A stretch of 64,000 nucleotides of DNA from Bacteroidota bacterium (GTDB taxonomy: Bacteria; Bacteroidota; Bacteroidia; UBA4408). A program made the translations under genes and the position numbers. Shown piece by piece: positions 19,502 through 29,990 of the stretch (position 1 is its first letter; every line of letters begins with the position of its first letter). The notes under the pieces are model-generated. The model had not been told where the DNA came from and made no database searches. It was given only the letters and a program-made list of their open reading frames with translations. The stretch spans positions 800,409-864,408 of the forward strand of contig JADKHO010000004.1 of the NCBI GenBank assembly GCA_016721765.1, in the 5' to 3' direction.

Positions 19502-22500
19502 TTATTTTTCCTGGGTATCAATTTTTTTAAGGAAAGATGTCTTCTTAGCTGCAGTGGAAAGATTGTAGGAATATTGTGTTTGGCCCTTTTCCACTTCCAT
19601 TTTACGTTTATCTGCTTTCATGTCGCGAATAATAGAATTAAATTTTTCATCGGATGAAATGGCTTGCATGAGGCTGGTTTGATAATTAAAGAAATACCAA
19701 TTGGCACCGTCAATTTCTAAATACACGGTAAGTATATCTCCAGCTCGCTTTTTAGCCAACTCAATTTTTCCACCCATAAATTTATTTATTTGGTTTTTAA
19801 ATACACTTCCTACGCCAATTGGTCCATCCGAAACAAAAGATTTAGTATTGGAATTCCATTTCATTTTCACATCGGTAAGTATTATTGAATGTTCCATCGC
19901 ATCAGGGAACTTCTTAAAAGAACCGTATAAATTCACTTGAGAAATTAATTTATCTGCATCCGCTTTACCGAGCATTTCGCGCAAAGCACGCTCATAAGTA
20001 GTGCGGCTAAGCGAAGCAAACGGAGCAGTGGATGTTTCGAAACGATTTCCCATGTTCTTTAAGGCATCGTCGGCAAAGAAAAAGTCAAGTGTAATTACTA
20101 CATCAAAGGCAACTGAATCATTTTGCAAATCATCCACACCATTTCCGTAAACATTAAATTTAACCTGTCCCAATCCATTGGTCATTTCCAATTTTCCTTC
20201 GGCATACAATTTACAATTGGCAGTATTTAAGCTCACATAATTTCCGGGGAAATTAATTTCTTTGATTTTATCCTTGTTTGAAATTTTGTATTCGCGTGAG
20301 GCTTTATCATAAAACAAATACCCATCAGCACCTGCAACAATTTGATCGCTAAAGGTAACTCGGCGGCTGAGGAATGCTGGATAGCAGTGTGTAGAATCAG
20401 CTGTATACATAATACCTGCCACCAGTTTATCGTTATTATTATCCTTCATATCTTTTGCAATAGGGATATAAATTTCACTCGGATTTATTTCTCCACTAAA
20501 GCTCAACCAGCTTTTTCCTATGTGTGGACATTCATGCTTGATGAGGAATGAACCGTCGAATGTGAGGAATTGTTGATTGGCATAGAGTTTTGCTTTACCG
20601 CGATAATCAAAGTACGGACTAAGTGTAAATTTAGATTCCTCGGTAATATCACCAATTGCAAAGGATTGGAAAGTAGTATCGGTAGAAATGTTTGTGAAAT
20701 GAATTTTTTGTTTCTCCTTGGTTTCGCTCACATAATCATAATCGCCCGAGCCGGAGTATTTTTTACGGGCCAAAATATTTACCGAAACATTGTAAATGTT
20801 GTGGTACTTTGTTACTAAGTTGGCCAATATTTTGGCATTGTTAAGTGTTTCCATTTTTGCTTTTTTCTGAATCACTACATTACCGCTATCCGGAAATATA
20901 CGGGCATCTGCAACGTTTATGTATTTAACTTCCTTACAAGAAATCAAATAACTCTTTAAATCGTAGCGTGCTCTTGGCGAGAAAAAGCGCAAGGAATCTT
21001 GATCCGGATGCACCGAAATAAACTCAGACCCTTCCAAATTCAATGAACCTTCATCCGACTCTTCGGCTGTGTTGTTATTGACTGAAGTTTTTGATTTGGT
21101 AGAAGCCGAAAGTTCTATACTTTTTTGATCCATAAACCAAGTAAATTTATCCATGAAACAGATGTATTGATTTACTGGAAAATTTACAAAAGAACCTTCT
21201 CCATTGCTCTTAAAGACACCTTGTCGTTTTGCAAAATCAACGTGCGCATTTACATTCTTAGTGCTAAATGCAAGGGCACTCAACTCTTCTGCATTCAACT
21301 GAAAATCGGAAGTATCGGCATCAAATGTAATTTTATTGAAAACCATTTTATCTGAAAACAAGGAGGCTTTTGAAAAATCCATTCGCCCTTTACCGGTCAT
21401 ACCTGTTGGTGTTAGCGTTGATTTACCAAATAATTCAGCTTGTCCGGTATAAAAATCCATGGGCTTTCGGATTCCATTGTCTTCCATGTAATCTTTGTAA
21501 GGCATCCAATGTGCATAAACACTGTCACCCTTCACCGGAGGAAATTCAATGGCGCCTGCCTGTTCTTTGTTTTCAAAGCTTTGCGCAATTGCGTTCATGG
21601 AATCAGGGAAGAAAATAAAGTCCTTGCTTTTGGTGGTGGAAGTTACATACTCCAACGTTCCATCTCCACGCAAACCTTTATTACTAAGTTTAATGGTGGA
21701 AGTATACGTTCCTTTGTTACCATACATAGGGAATCCACCGGCAGGTGTTTCACGTTTAAAACCAAGTGAATAATCTTCTTGTAAACGCAGCGTTTCATCA
21801 AAGTCGGGAAAAATTCCTCCAGAGGCCAATGTACCTTTAAATGCCAAGGCTTCATTTGTAAAGTTATCCAAGCTATCGATGGTATAAGGGGTTAACTTAA
21901 AATAAAAACTATCGCGCTTATAAACTCCCTTTTGAATACCACTGCGCGAATAATAAGCAAAAGATTCCTTCTTGCTATTAAAGATGGGATAATCCGGATA
22001 ATCCACTGTACCCGATTTATTCGTTGGTCGATCAATCAACAAATCACCGTTTACACTTTCTATAACTGTTTTACAATACACCAATTTTCGTTCGTTGTAT
22101 TCATTTACCTCGTTAGCCAACACCTTTATTCGTAAGGAATCCACGTTGGTTAAATTAATCTTGAAGAGGGTGTAATCAAAATTAAATTCCTTTCCGAAAA
22201 ACTGAAATCGACCGGCATTAACAACACCCGCAAAATCAAAATCGCGATTTTTGCGCACCAACACCGTTTGGTTTTTAGGATAAATATTTACGTTTTGTGA
22301 ATCACTTAAAAAGATGCGTTCCACACCGTCAATACGCAAATCGAAATTCAACAAATTAAGGCTGGCGTTGGTTTCGCTTCCACCTACTGTAGAATTAAAT
22401 TGAATCACATCATAATCGCGCTTTTTCTCGCTGTTGCGGATATAATCAAACAATCGATCCTTCACTACCACTTTATCTAAATCCACATTATAAGTTAAGA

Positions 22501-23989
22501 AACCACCATTTGCCAAAATCATCAACATGGGTTTAACTTGATCCGGAGAGAGTTGCATAAAACGCGATAAACTTACAGGGTCAAATTCCTTACCACCTGC
22601 ATTTTGCTTCATCACAAATTGACGAATGCGGTACAAGGGATTCACATCATCCATACCTTGCAAACGCTCAAAACGCGCAGCTCTAAAAAATGCAGAGGAC
22701 TCAAATAGAGCTGAGCTTTCAGCACTACCTTTAATATTTTTTAATTCAATTTTTGGTTCATCCATTCGCCAATACAAGGCTTCAAAATACATGTCAAGTT
22801 TATGAAAGCTATCAAAATAGGGCGTTCTAGCCGTTCCTTGCTGGTCGCGGATGAGTACCACTTCCTTATCCTTATAACTAAACTTTAGCTGCAAGCCTGG
22901 ATGATAGATAGAATCCCCATCAAAATAAAAAGTTATTTCTGCTTTGTCGGAAGTAATGCGTTCCGGCTTCATGATATACTGCAAGGAGGCGGACTTTAAA
23001 AACAATTTCTTATTACGGAAAAATTTTAAGAACGCAGGATTGTCTCTGTCGCCTGTTCCAATTATTTTAGAGCCCTTTACCGAAAAGCCTCCATCATAAT
23101 CCACATCCTGATAAATGTTGGCAATTACCAAACGTTTATCATACGAATCAAATTGAGGATACACGGCGCGCTCTTCGGTCATGTTCACAAATACTTTATC
23201 TTGTAATACCCCGAGTAGTGGCTTTTGAAAATAAATAGTGTTATGATACAAGACAGAATCGGCACGGTATTGTGATGATTTAAATACAATAGAATATCTT
23301 TTTAACTCAGCATAAGCTTGCTCAGCAGGCACTCCGGCGCGTCTCCAATTTACCGTTCCTCCCTTCCCTATCCAACGCTGAGTACTGGGATAATAGGTTC
23401 CTTGGGTAGAATAAATAACTGAACTATCATCCTTAATAATACAGCGCAAATCCGTTTCACCAAACACCACTTTGGGAACACTGTCGAATTCAAAAGTATA
23501 ATTGCTCCCACTAGCTTTCCACTCAAGTGTTGAATTTTTGAAAATGGTATTGGTAGAAAATAAGTTATCGCTCATCTCAATAAAATCGCTGAACTTGTTG
23601 GCACTTTTTCCTAGAATTTTATCAATACTTAATTGCCAGGCTGTAAAACTTTTATCGGTTTGACCGGAGTTAACAAAGTTCATAGCCGAAGACAAATAAT
23701 TTTTAAAATCTGGAAACATCTTAAGGCGCTTTGCAAACATCAAGTTGCAAGTACTAATCATAATACCTTGCTGACTGCTGGTAAATTTTTGACCATTCCA
23801 AGCCACTTCAAAAAGCTCCATAAATTCATGAGTTGCCTTTTTATCTTGGTCTTCCATTTGATCTTTAATTTTTTTAAGAAACTCAGTTGGGTCATCCGGG
23901 AATACTTTCTTCACTAGTGTTTGCGAAAAAGCATTCTCCATTCCAATGGAAAAGATGAGAACAACAAGAAGAAGTTTGATTTTATTCAT
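19502..23989 (-). CDS. Large (about 1495 aa) secreted hypothetical protein
   Basis: A long uninterrupted ORF with a signal peptide (MNKIKLLLVVLIFSIGMENAFSQ at the internal Met). No T9SS C-terminal domain and no catalytic motif recognised. It lies downstream of prmA/tpiA on the same strand. Confidence 0.6.
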   Translation of the reverse strand: MNKIKLLLVVLIFSIGMENAFSQTLVKKVFPDDPTEFLKKIKDQMEDQDKKATHEFMELFEVAWNGQKFTSSQQGIMISTCNLMFAKRLKMFPDFKNYLSSAMNFVNSGQTDKSFTAWQLSIDKILGKSANKFSDFIEMSDNLFSTNTIFKNSTLEWKASGSNYTFEFDSVPKVVFGETDLRCIIKDDSSVIYSTQGTYYPSTQRWIGKGGTVNWRRAGVPAEQAYAELKRYSIVFKSSQYRADSVLYHNTIYFQKPLLGVLQDKVFVNMTEERAVYPQFDSYDKRLVIANIYQDVDYDGGFSVKGSKIIGTGDRDNPAFLKFFRNKKLFLKSASLQYIMKPERITSDKAEITFYFDGDSIYHPGLQLKFSYKDKEVVLIRDQQGTARTPYFDSFHKLDMYFEALYWRMDEPKIELKNIKGSAESSALFESSAFFRAARFERLQGMDDVNPLYRIRQFVMKQNAGGKEFDPVSLSRFMQLSPDQVKPMLMILANGGFLTYNVDLDKVVVKDRLFDYIRNSEKKRDYDVIQFNSTVGGSETNASLNLLNFDLRIDGVERIFLSDSQNVNIYPKNQTVLVRKNRDFDFAGVVNAGRFQFFGKEFNFDYTLFKINLTNVDSLRIKVLANEVNEYNERKLVYCKTVIESVNGDLLIDRPTNKSGTVDYPDYPIFNSKKESFAYYSRSGIQKGVYKRDSFYFKLTPYTIDSLDNFTNEALAFKGTLASGGIFPDFDETLRLQEDYSLGFKRETPAGGFPMYGNKGTYTSTIKLSNKGLRGDGTLEYVTSTTKSKDFIFFPDSMNAIAQSFENKEQAGAIEFPPVKGDSVYAHWMPYKDYMEDNGIRKPMDFYTGQAELFGKSTLTPTGMTGKGRMDFSKASLFSDKMVFNKITFDADTSDFQLNAEELSALAFSTKNVNAHVDFAKRQGVFKSNGEGSFVNFPVNQYICFMDKFTWFMDQKSIELSASTKSKTSVNNNTAEESDEGSLNLEGSEFISVHPDQDSLRFFSPRARYDLKSYLISCKEVKYINVADARIFPDSGNVVIQKKAKMETLNNAKILANLVTKYHNIYNVSVNILARKKYSGSGDYDYVSETKEKQKIHFTNISTDTTFQSFAIGDITEESKFTLSPYFDYRGKAKLYANQQFLTFDGSFLIKHECPHIGKSWLSFSGEINPSEIYIPIAKDMKDNNNDKLVAGIMYTADSTHCYPAFLSRRVTFSDQIVAGADGYLFYDKASREYKISNKDKIKEINFPGNYVSLNTANCKLYAEGKLEMTNGLGQVKFNVYGNGVDDLQNDSVAFDVVITLDFFFADDALKNMGNRFETSTAPFASLSRTTYERALREMLGKADADKLISQVNLYGSFKKFPDAMEHSIILTDVKMKWNSNTKSFVSDGPIGVGSVFKNQINKFMGGKIELAKKRAGDILTVYLEIDGANWYFFNYQTSLMQAISSDEKFNSIIRDMKADKRKMEVEKGQTQYSYNLSTAAKKTSFLKKIDTQEK

Positions 23990-23994
23990 TGTAT

Positions 23995-24828
23995 TTATTT
24001 TTGTAATCCTATTAAAGCCCAATTATTTTTAGTGATTTTTTTAACCAAATGAAAACCCAATTTTTGTGCGTGCTCAAATAATAAAGGTGTATCCACATCA
24101 AAGAATCCACTAATTAACAATTCACCCTTTTCCTCCAATGCAGCATAGTAATGAAACATGTCGTTAAGCAAAATATTTCGATTAATATTGGCCAAAATAA
24201 TATTGAATTTATGCCCTTTTAAAAGTGCGGCATCTCCAAGTTTAACGCATATCTGTGGACAACTATTTAAAGCACAATTTTCAAGTGAATTTTCATAACT
24301 CCAAGAATCATTATCAATAGCCAACACTTCCTTAGCAGTTAGTTTTGCAGCTAAGATTGCCAACACTGAAGTTCCACATCCCATATCAAGCAAACTTTTA
24401 CCGGCAATATTCATAGCTAGTAATTGCTGCAACATTAAATAGGTGGTTTCGTGATGTCCTGTTCCAAACGACATTTTGGGTTCAATTATAATATCGTATT
24501 TTGCTGTGGCTGTTTTTGGATGAAAAGGAGCGCGCACTGTACAAATACCATCCACATCAATAGGTTCAAAATTACTTTCCCAAGAAGCGTTCCAGTTTTG
24601 AGCAGGTATTTCCTTTTTTGTGAAAGAAATTTTACATCCGCGCTCCGCATAAGCAGCAAGCAGCTTAGCTAATTTTGCTGCATCAAATAAGCCCTTTTGA
24701 ATAAATGCTTGCAAGCCGGTATCTAGGTTGACAAAACTTTCAAACCCAACTTCTGCAAGTTCGGCAGTGAGAATATCATCAAAAGGATGAAGTGGCACGA
24801 GTTCAAAATTGACTTCAATATAATCCAT
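23995..24828 (-). CDS. prmA: Ribosomal protein L11 methyltransferase
   Basis: 277 aa with the SAM-binding motif LLDMGCGTSVLAILAAKL and overall PrmA architecture. Confidence 0.85.
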   Translation of the reverse strand: MDYIEVNFELVPLHPFDDILTAELAEVGFESFVNLDTGLQAFIQKGLFDAAKLAKLLAAYAERGCKISFTKKEIPAQNWNASWESNFEPIDVDGICTVRAPFHPKTATAKYDIIIEPKMSFGTGHHETTYLMLQQLLAMNIAGKSLLDMGCGTSVLAILAAKLTAKEVLAIDNDSWSYENSLENCALNSCPQICVKLGDAALLKGHKFNIILANINRNILLNDMFHYYAALEEKGELLISGFFDVDTPLLFEHAQKLGFHLVKKITKNNWALIGLQK

Positions 24829-24978
24829 GCAGCAGTTGAATTTGAGACTTTTGTAGGGATAATCTCAATCGTTCAAATATAAAAGAAAACTTAAATTAGT
24901 TTGTTCCTTACTTTTCAACAAAATAGGAACATTCGATTAATTTTAAAGTATAAACTATTACAACTTAAGTGCCTGAAT

Positions 24979-25740
24979 TTAAAATGAATTTGCAATGGCC
25001 ACAAAGTCCTTCGCTTTTAGAGCTGCACCACCAATAAGTCCACCATCCACATCTGCATTGGCAAAAAGCTCCTTTGCATTTGCGGCATTACAACTCCCAC
25101 CGTAGAGAATGGAGCAATCTATCGCAACTGCATCTCCATATTTATCGGTCACCACTTCTCGAATAAACTGATGTATTTCTTGCGCTTGGGCTGAACTTGC
25201 TGTTACCCCCGTACCAATTGCCCATACCGGTTCATAAGCAATTACAACTTTCGCAAAATCTGCAGAAGCGAGGTGAAAAAGCCCGTTTACCAGTTGATTT
25301 TTTATTATTTCAAAATGCTTTCCTGCCTCCCGCTCTGCCAATGTTTCGCCACAACAAAAGATAGGATTAAGATTATTTGTCAAAACTTGTCCCAGCTTTT
25401 TCACCAACAATTCATCGGTCTCGTGAAACATCGCACGTCTTTCTGAATGCCCAAGAATTACATAGGTAACGCCTAAACTAGAGATCATTTTTGCCGATAC
25501 TTCACCGGTATAGGCACCTGCACTTTCGCTTGCGCAATTTTGAGCTCCAACAGAAATGCTGCTATTGGAAGGAATTTTAGCATGCACTTCCATTATAAAT
25601 GGAAAGGATGGGCATAGAACCAATTCAACTCCATCAGGAGTATTTGCAGCAAATTCTTTTACTACATCAGAAGCCAACAACTGGGCTTCTGCAAAAGTTA
25701 AATTCATTTTCCAGTTACCGGCCACTATTTTCTTTCTCAT
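24979..25740 (-). CDS. tpiA: Triosephosphate isomerase
   Basis: 253 aa. The N-terminal AGNWKMN, the catalytic-loop region VILGHSERR and the AYEPVWAIGTG motif are all present. Confidence 0.9.
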   Translation of the reverse strand: MRKKIVAGNWKMNLTFAEAQLLASDVVKEFAANTPDGVELVLCPSFPFIMEVHAKIPSNSSISVGAQNCASESAGAYTGEVSAKMISSLGVTYVILGHSERRAMFHETDELLVKKLGQVLTNNLNPIFCCGETLAEREAGKHFEIIKNQLVNGLFHLASADFAKVVIAYEPVWAIGTGVTASSAQAQEIHQFIREVVTDKYGDAVAIDCSILYGGSCNAANAKELFANADVDGGLIGGAALKAKDFVAIANSF

Positions 25741-25890
25741 GAGGATTGTATTTGTAGGTTACAAAGTAAAGAAATTTGAAATTATAGTGCGCATACTCGT
25801 TTCAGGAAAAAAATGCTTGCTGCATCAATTTTATTTACTTTCGCAATCCGTGTAAAGCGTAGCCAATAATAAATCATATCTTTATTTCCG

Positions 25891-27018
25891 GTGAAAAAGG
25901 AAAAAATTAAACTCATCTATATTATCTCGGATATCGACCGTGCCATTGCATTTGAGTGGGTAGTTGAAAATATAGACCGAAGTAAATTCGAGCTTGAATT
26001 CGTATTGATAAATTCCTCCGAATCTTATTTTAAAAATTATTTGAGTAAAAAAGCGGTACCCTTTTATTTAGTAGAGGCCAAATCAAAAAAACAGTATCCG
26101 GCAGCGCTTCTTTCCCTAATTAATCATTTGAGAAAATCAAAAGCCGACATGGTGCATACCCACCTGTTTACTGCCTCCCTACTCGGTTTAACCGCAGCAC
26201 GAATTTGTGGCATAAAAAAAAGAATTCACACGCGACACCATGCTTCTCAGCATCACATGTACCACCCCAATGCCATAAAATACGATAGGTGGATTAATTT
26301 TATATCCACAAAAATAATTGCTATCACTGAAAATGTGAAAAACATTTTAATACAACAAGAAGGAGTTAAAAAAGATAAAATAGTAATTGTTCACCATGGT
26401 TTTGATTTAGATTTTTTTTCATCTGTATCTGCCGATCGTATCCAAGCTATAAAAAACAAATACAATGCTTCACAACAGTATCCAATAATTGGTGTTGTTT
26501 CGCGTTATACTTGGTGGAAAGGGGTACAACACATTATTCCGGCTTTTAAAAAGCTATTAGTTGATTTTCCAAATGTAAAATTAGTATTGGCAAATACGAA
26601 TGGTAACGATGCTTTGCGTATTAAAGAATTGCTGAAACAAATTCCTTCCACAAATTTTCTTGAAGTTGAATTCGAATACGACAATGCAGCACTCTATCAC
26701 TTATTTGATGTGTTTGTGCATGTACCTATTAATGCGCATGCAGAAGCATTTGGACAAACCTATGTAGAAGCCTTAGCAGCCGGAATTCCTTCTGTATTTA
26801 CCCTTTCGGGAATTGCACATGATTTTATTGTTGACAAAAAAAATGCGGTGGTGGTAGACTATGAAAAGGAAGAAGAAATTTATGATGGTATGAAACTTAT
26901 ACTTCAAAATAAGGAACTGAAAAGCACCCTAATAAAAAATGGATTGAACGATGTCACTCAACTCTTCTCCTTAAAAACCATGATTTCTGAACTTGAAAAA
27001 ATTTATCTTGAAAAATAA
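25891..27018 (+). CDS. Glycosyltransferase family 4 (GT-B fold) protein
   Basis: 375 aa. The C-terminal EAFGQTYVEALAAGIPSV motif is typical of GT4 retaining glycosyltransferases. Confidence 0.75.
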   Translation: MKKEKIKLIYIISDIDRAIAFEWVVENIDRSKFELEFVLINSSESYFKNYLSKKAVPFYLVEAKSKKQYPAALLSLINHLRKSKADMVHTHLFTASLLGLTAARICGIKKRIHTRHHASQHHMYHPNAIKYDRWINFISTKIIAITENVKNILIQQEGVKKDKIVIVHHGFDLDFFSSVSADRIQAIKNKYNASQQYPIIGVVSRYTWWKGVQHIIPAFKKLLVDFPNVKLVLANTNGNDALRIKELLKQIPSTNFLEVEFEYDNAALYHLFDVFVHVPINAHAEAFGQTYVEALAAGIPSVFTLSGIAHDFIVDKKNAVVVDYEKEEEIYDGMKLILQNKELKSTLIKNGLNDVTQLFSLKTMISELEKIYLEK

Positions 27019-27106
27019 AACTAAGGCATATTCTAAAATTAAAACCAGCTTCATTGCATCTATTAAAATCCTTGAAGATACTACTGCAGGCTCATTAACG
27101 ATAGGG

Positions 27107-28426
27107 ATGAAATTATTTGCTTGCGTGCTGCTATTTCAATTTTTTATGCTATCACAAAGAGTAAGTGCTTCTCATGTGTTGCCTCATAAAAGTACTGAAG
27201 ATTATTTTACTCCCGATTACCTGCGTTTTGAAAACATTATCTATAAAGAAAATATTAAAACGGTTCAACTTGCTCCATCAGGCGCAGAACTTGCCTTTCC
27301 AATTATTGAATTAAACGGCGAAGATAAATTGCAATTGAGTTTTGACGATTTGGATGCCGATCGAAAAACATATAATTATACCTTGATACACTGCGATGCC
27401 TCATGGAACCCAACGAATATGGTGCGCAGTGATTACCTTTCCGGATTTAATGACGAACTTATTACAGACTATAAATTTTCATTTAATTCCATTCAACGTT
27501 ACACCCATTTTAATTTAGTATTTCCAACAGACGGAATAAAAATTACAAAATCAGGCAATTACATTATTAAAGTTTTTCAAGATTACGATGAACAAAATGT
27601 GGTGCTTACGCGTAGATTTTTGGTGTACGATAAAAAAGTGGATGTTGTGGGAAGTGCCAAAGTTGCAACAATTATTAACGACCGCTATACAAAACAAGAA
27701 GTAGATTTTAACATTAATAATCCCGATTTTGAAATTAACGACCCTTTCGAAAATTTAAAAGTTACGCTGCTTCAAAATCAGCGTTTCGACAATGCCATCA
27801 CTTCACTCAAGCCAACATTTACGAAACCCGGACAATTGGTTTACGATTATGATGAAGGCAACGTTTTTAATGGCGGAAATGAGTTTCGCTATTTTGAAGA
27901 TAAAGTTTTTAACGCACCTAATGAACGCATCAGTCGCTTTGTTTTTGATGAAAAAAAGCAAAACAATGTGTATCTCCTTCCGGAAGAAAAAAGAGCATTT
28001 AAGCGTTATAGTTCTATGCGCGACATCAATGGGAGTTATGTTATTCGCACCTTAGCGGGATATGATGGTGACACGGATGGAGATTATGCCTATGTTCATT
28101 TTTCTTTACCATGCGTTGAACCCTTGCAAAATGCGGAGGTATATGTTTTTGGTGCCCTTAGCAATTGGAATTATTTGCCCGAGTTTAAAATGAATTACGA
28201 CACTACTTTTTCAACTTATGTGGCGAGTCCATATTTAAAACAAGGGTATTACAATTATTCCTACGTGGTTTTGAAAAACGGAGAAACAATTGCAGATGAA
28301 AGTACCTTCGAAGCCAATCATTACGAAACAGAAAACGATTATTATATTTTGGTTTACTACAAAACATTCGGCACTTATTATTATCAGTTAATCGGTTATA
28401 AACGATTAAACAGCACAGGAAAATAA
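27107..28426 (+). CDS. Bacteroidota-specific secreted hypothetical protein (possibly DUF5103-like)
   Basis: Signal peptide MKLFACVLLFQFFMLSQRVSA at the internal Met. The track ORF starts at 26993 and overlaps the GT4 end. Rich in Tyr/Asn beta-strand pattern. The family is assigned from memory only. Confidence 0.45.
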   Translation: MKLFACVLLFQFFMLSQRVSASHVLPHKSTEDYFTPDYLRFENIIYKENIKTVQLAPSGAELAFPIIELNGEDKLQLSFDDLDADRKTYNYTLIHCDASWNPTNMVRSDYLSGFNDELITDYKFSFNSIQRYTHFNLVFPTDGIKITKSGNYIIKVFQDYDEQNVVLTRRFLVYDKKVDVVGSAKVATIINDRYTKQEVDFNINNPDFEINDPFENLKVTLLQNQRFDNAITSLKPTFTKPGQLVYDYDEGNVFNGGNEFRYFEDKVFNAPNERISRFVFDEKKQNNVYLLPEEKRAFKRYSSMRDINGSYVIRTLAGYDGDTDGDYAYVHFSLPCVEPLQNAEVYVFGALSNWNYLPEFKMNYDTTFSTYVASPYLKQGYYNYSYVVLKNGETIADESTFEANHYETENDYYILVYYKTFGTYYYQLIGYKRLNSTGK

Positions 28427-28553
28427 AAAATGTAAATTGTTAAAATTGCTTCCAATCCCTTTTAAGAACAAAAATCTGTTAAGAAAATTTCGATGGTTAC
28501 TTGTGTGAAAGAAAAACTTATTGCTATTATTGCTGCCGAAGTTTTACATTCGA

Positions 28554-28940
28554 ATGGTAACAGAAATTACAAAAGGCATCCGCATCTCAGTAAATACGCG
28601 CTATCAGGAAGAATTTTCCAGTCCTGATAACCTGCATTTTATTTTTTCTTACCACATCATAATTGAAAATCAAAATGAATTTGCAGTGCAATTGCTACGC
28701 AGGCATTGGTATATTTTTGATAGTTCAGGTGAACAATCGGAAGTAGAAGGTGAAGGCGTTGTGGGTGAACAACCGGTATTACAACCAGGTCAAATTTATG
28801 AATACGAAAGTGCTTGTAATTTAAATACCGATTTGGGCAAAATGCATGGAACCTACACTATGGTGCGTCAATCGGATGGAGCCTATTTTGAAGTATTGAT
28901 TCCCGAATTTCAGTTGATAGTTCCTTATAAATTGAATTAA
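28554..28940 (+). CDS. apaG: ApaG (DUF525) protein
   Basis: About 128 aa. Conserved ApaG segments are present: ISVNTRYQEE.., YHIIIENQN.., WYIFDSSGEQSEVEGEGVVGEQPVLQPG. Confidence 0.8.
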   Translation: MVTEITKGIRISVNTRYQEEFSSPDNLHFIFSYHIIIENQNEFAVQLLRRHWYIFDSSGEQSEVEGEGVVGEQPVLQPGQIYEYESACNLNTDLGKMHGTYTMVRQSDGAYFEVLIPEFQLIVPYKLN

Positions 28941-28944
28941 TTTT

Positions 28945-29967
28945 TCACTGCCGGATTTTTTTAAATCTAAAGTCAAAACTCAGACAAACCTTCATAAGCT
29001 TTGCTAAATTCGATTTTCGCTGCATGTCGCAAACCAACTGGTGTCGCGTAAAATCATGCGGATTAAATTCCTTATGTGCACCTTCTTGTAAGCCAATGTA
29101 TTGATTTAAACTTACGATTCCCATTCCAATCAAAATCATAAGCTGAAGAAAAAAATTGCGTTTGTTCTTGTTATCATAATCCAATGCCAAAACCATTTCA
29201 TACACTTTTTGCAATTGGTTTTCGAATTCTTGTTTGGTTTGCCTCATATCCTTTGATGCCGTTGCAAAGGTTGAAATTCCATTCATACTATCCTTCCACA
29301 CATCAAAAATATCGTTCACCTGTTGCAGCAAACTTCCCAATTCATATATGCAATCGTGTTCTTTTTGCCCCAATGGATTTGAGAGTGTGATACGGTAAAA
29401 TAAATGCGAGAGGCCACCTTTGTCGCTGCTGATTTTCTTTAATTCTTGCGCAGATAAATTTGAATTGATTTGCTTTTCGGTTTCAATTTGAACCTTGTAA
29501 ATATGAAGAAACATTGCATCAAAATCCTTTTTATCTTCCAAGTTCTGATGCACTTGTTGCAGAAAAAATAAAAATAATCTATCAACTGAATTTTCTGCCG
29601 CATAGGAGAAAGGATTGTCCATCATTTCCATTACGCGGGCATTTTTACGCTTGGGGTGATCAAAAAAATCATCGTACAAACCGGTAAGAGCTCCTTGAAA
29701 AGTAAGTACTTTTCGTTCCCTTTCAGTCATTTTACTTCCTCGCAGCGTACAATAGTTTTCGCCAACTATTGCAACAACAAAAAGCGCATAATAATTTCTG
29801 ATCTTAGCAAAATCGGCTGCTTCAAGACTTCCATCATTGGATTTTTGGGCAGCTGCTAAATGTGGTTCGAGATATTTTTTGAGGTAGTTTCTTTGTCGGT
29901 TAAGCTGCGCTACAAGCTTAGCCGAAACTCTAACATAAGGAAAAAAATTACGCCACATCCTACTCAT
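28945..29967 (-). CDS. Hypothetical protein, possibly squalene/phytoene-synthase-like (head-to-head isoprenoid synthase fold)
   Basis: 340 aa. An aspartate-rich motif GLYDDFFD and a second motif ELGSLLQQVNDIFDVWKD resemble the CrtB/SQS boxes DDxxD and (D/E)LGxxxQxxNDxxD. The match is weak overall. Confidence 0.35.
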   Translation of the reverse strand: MSRMWRNFFPYVRVSAKLVAQLNRQRNYLKKYLEPHLAAAQKSNDGSLEAADFAKIRNYYALFVVAIVGENYCTLRGSKMTERERKVLTFQGALTGLYDDFFDHPKRKNARVMEMMDNPFSYAAENSVDRLFLFFLQQVHQNLEDKKDFDAMFLHIYKVQIETEKQINSNLSAQELKKISSDKGGLSHLFYRITLSNPLGQKEHDCIYELGSLLQQVNDIFDVWKDSMNGISTFATASKDMRQTKQEFENQLQKVYEMVLALDYDNKNKRNFFLQLMILIGMGIVSLNQYIGLQEGAHKEFNPHDFTRHQLVCDMQRKSNLAKLMKVCLSFDFRFKKIRQ

Positions 29968-29990
29968 CTCCTCACTGCTGACGCTTGCAA

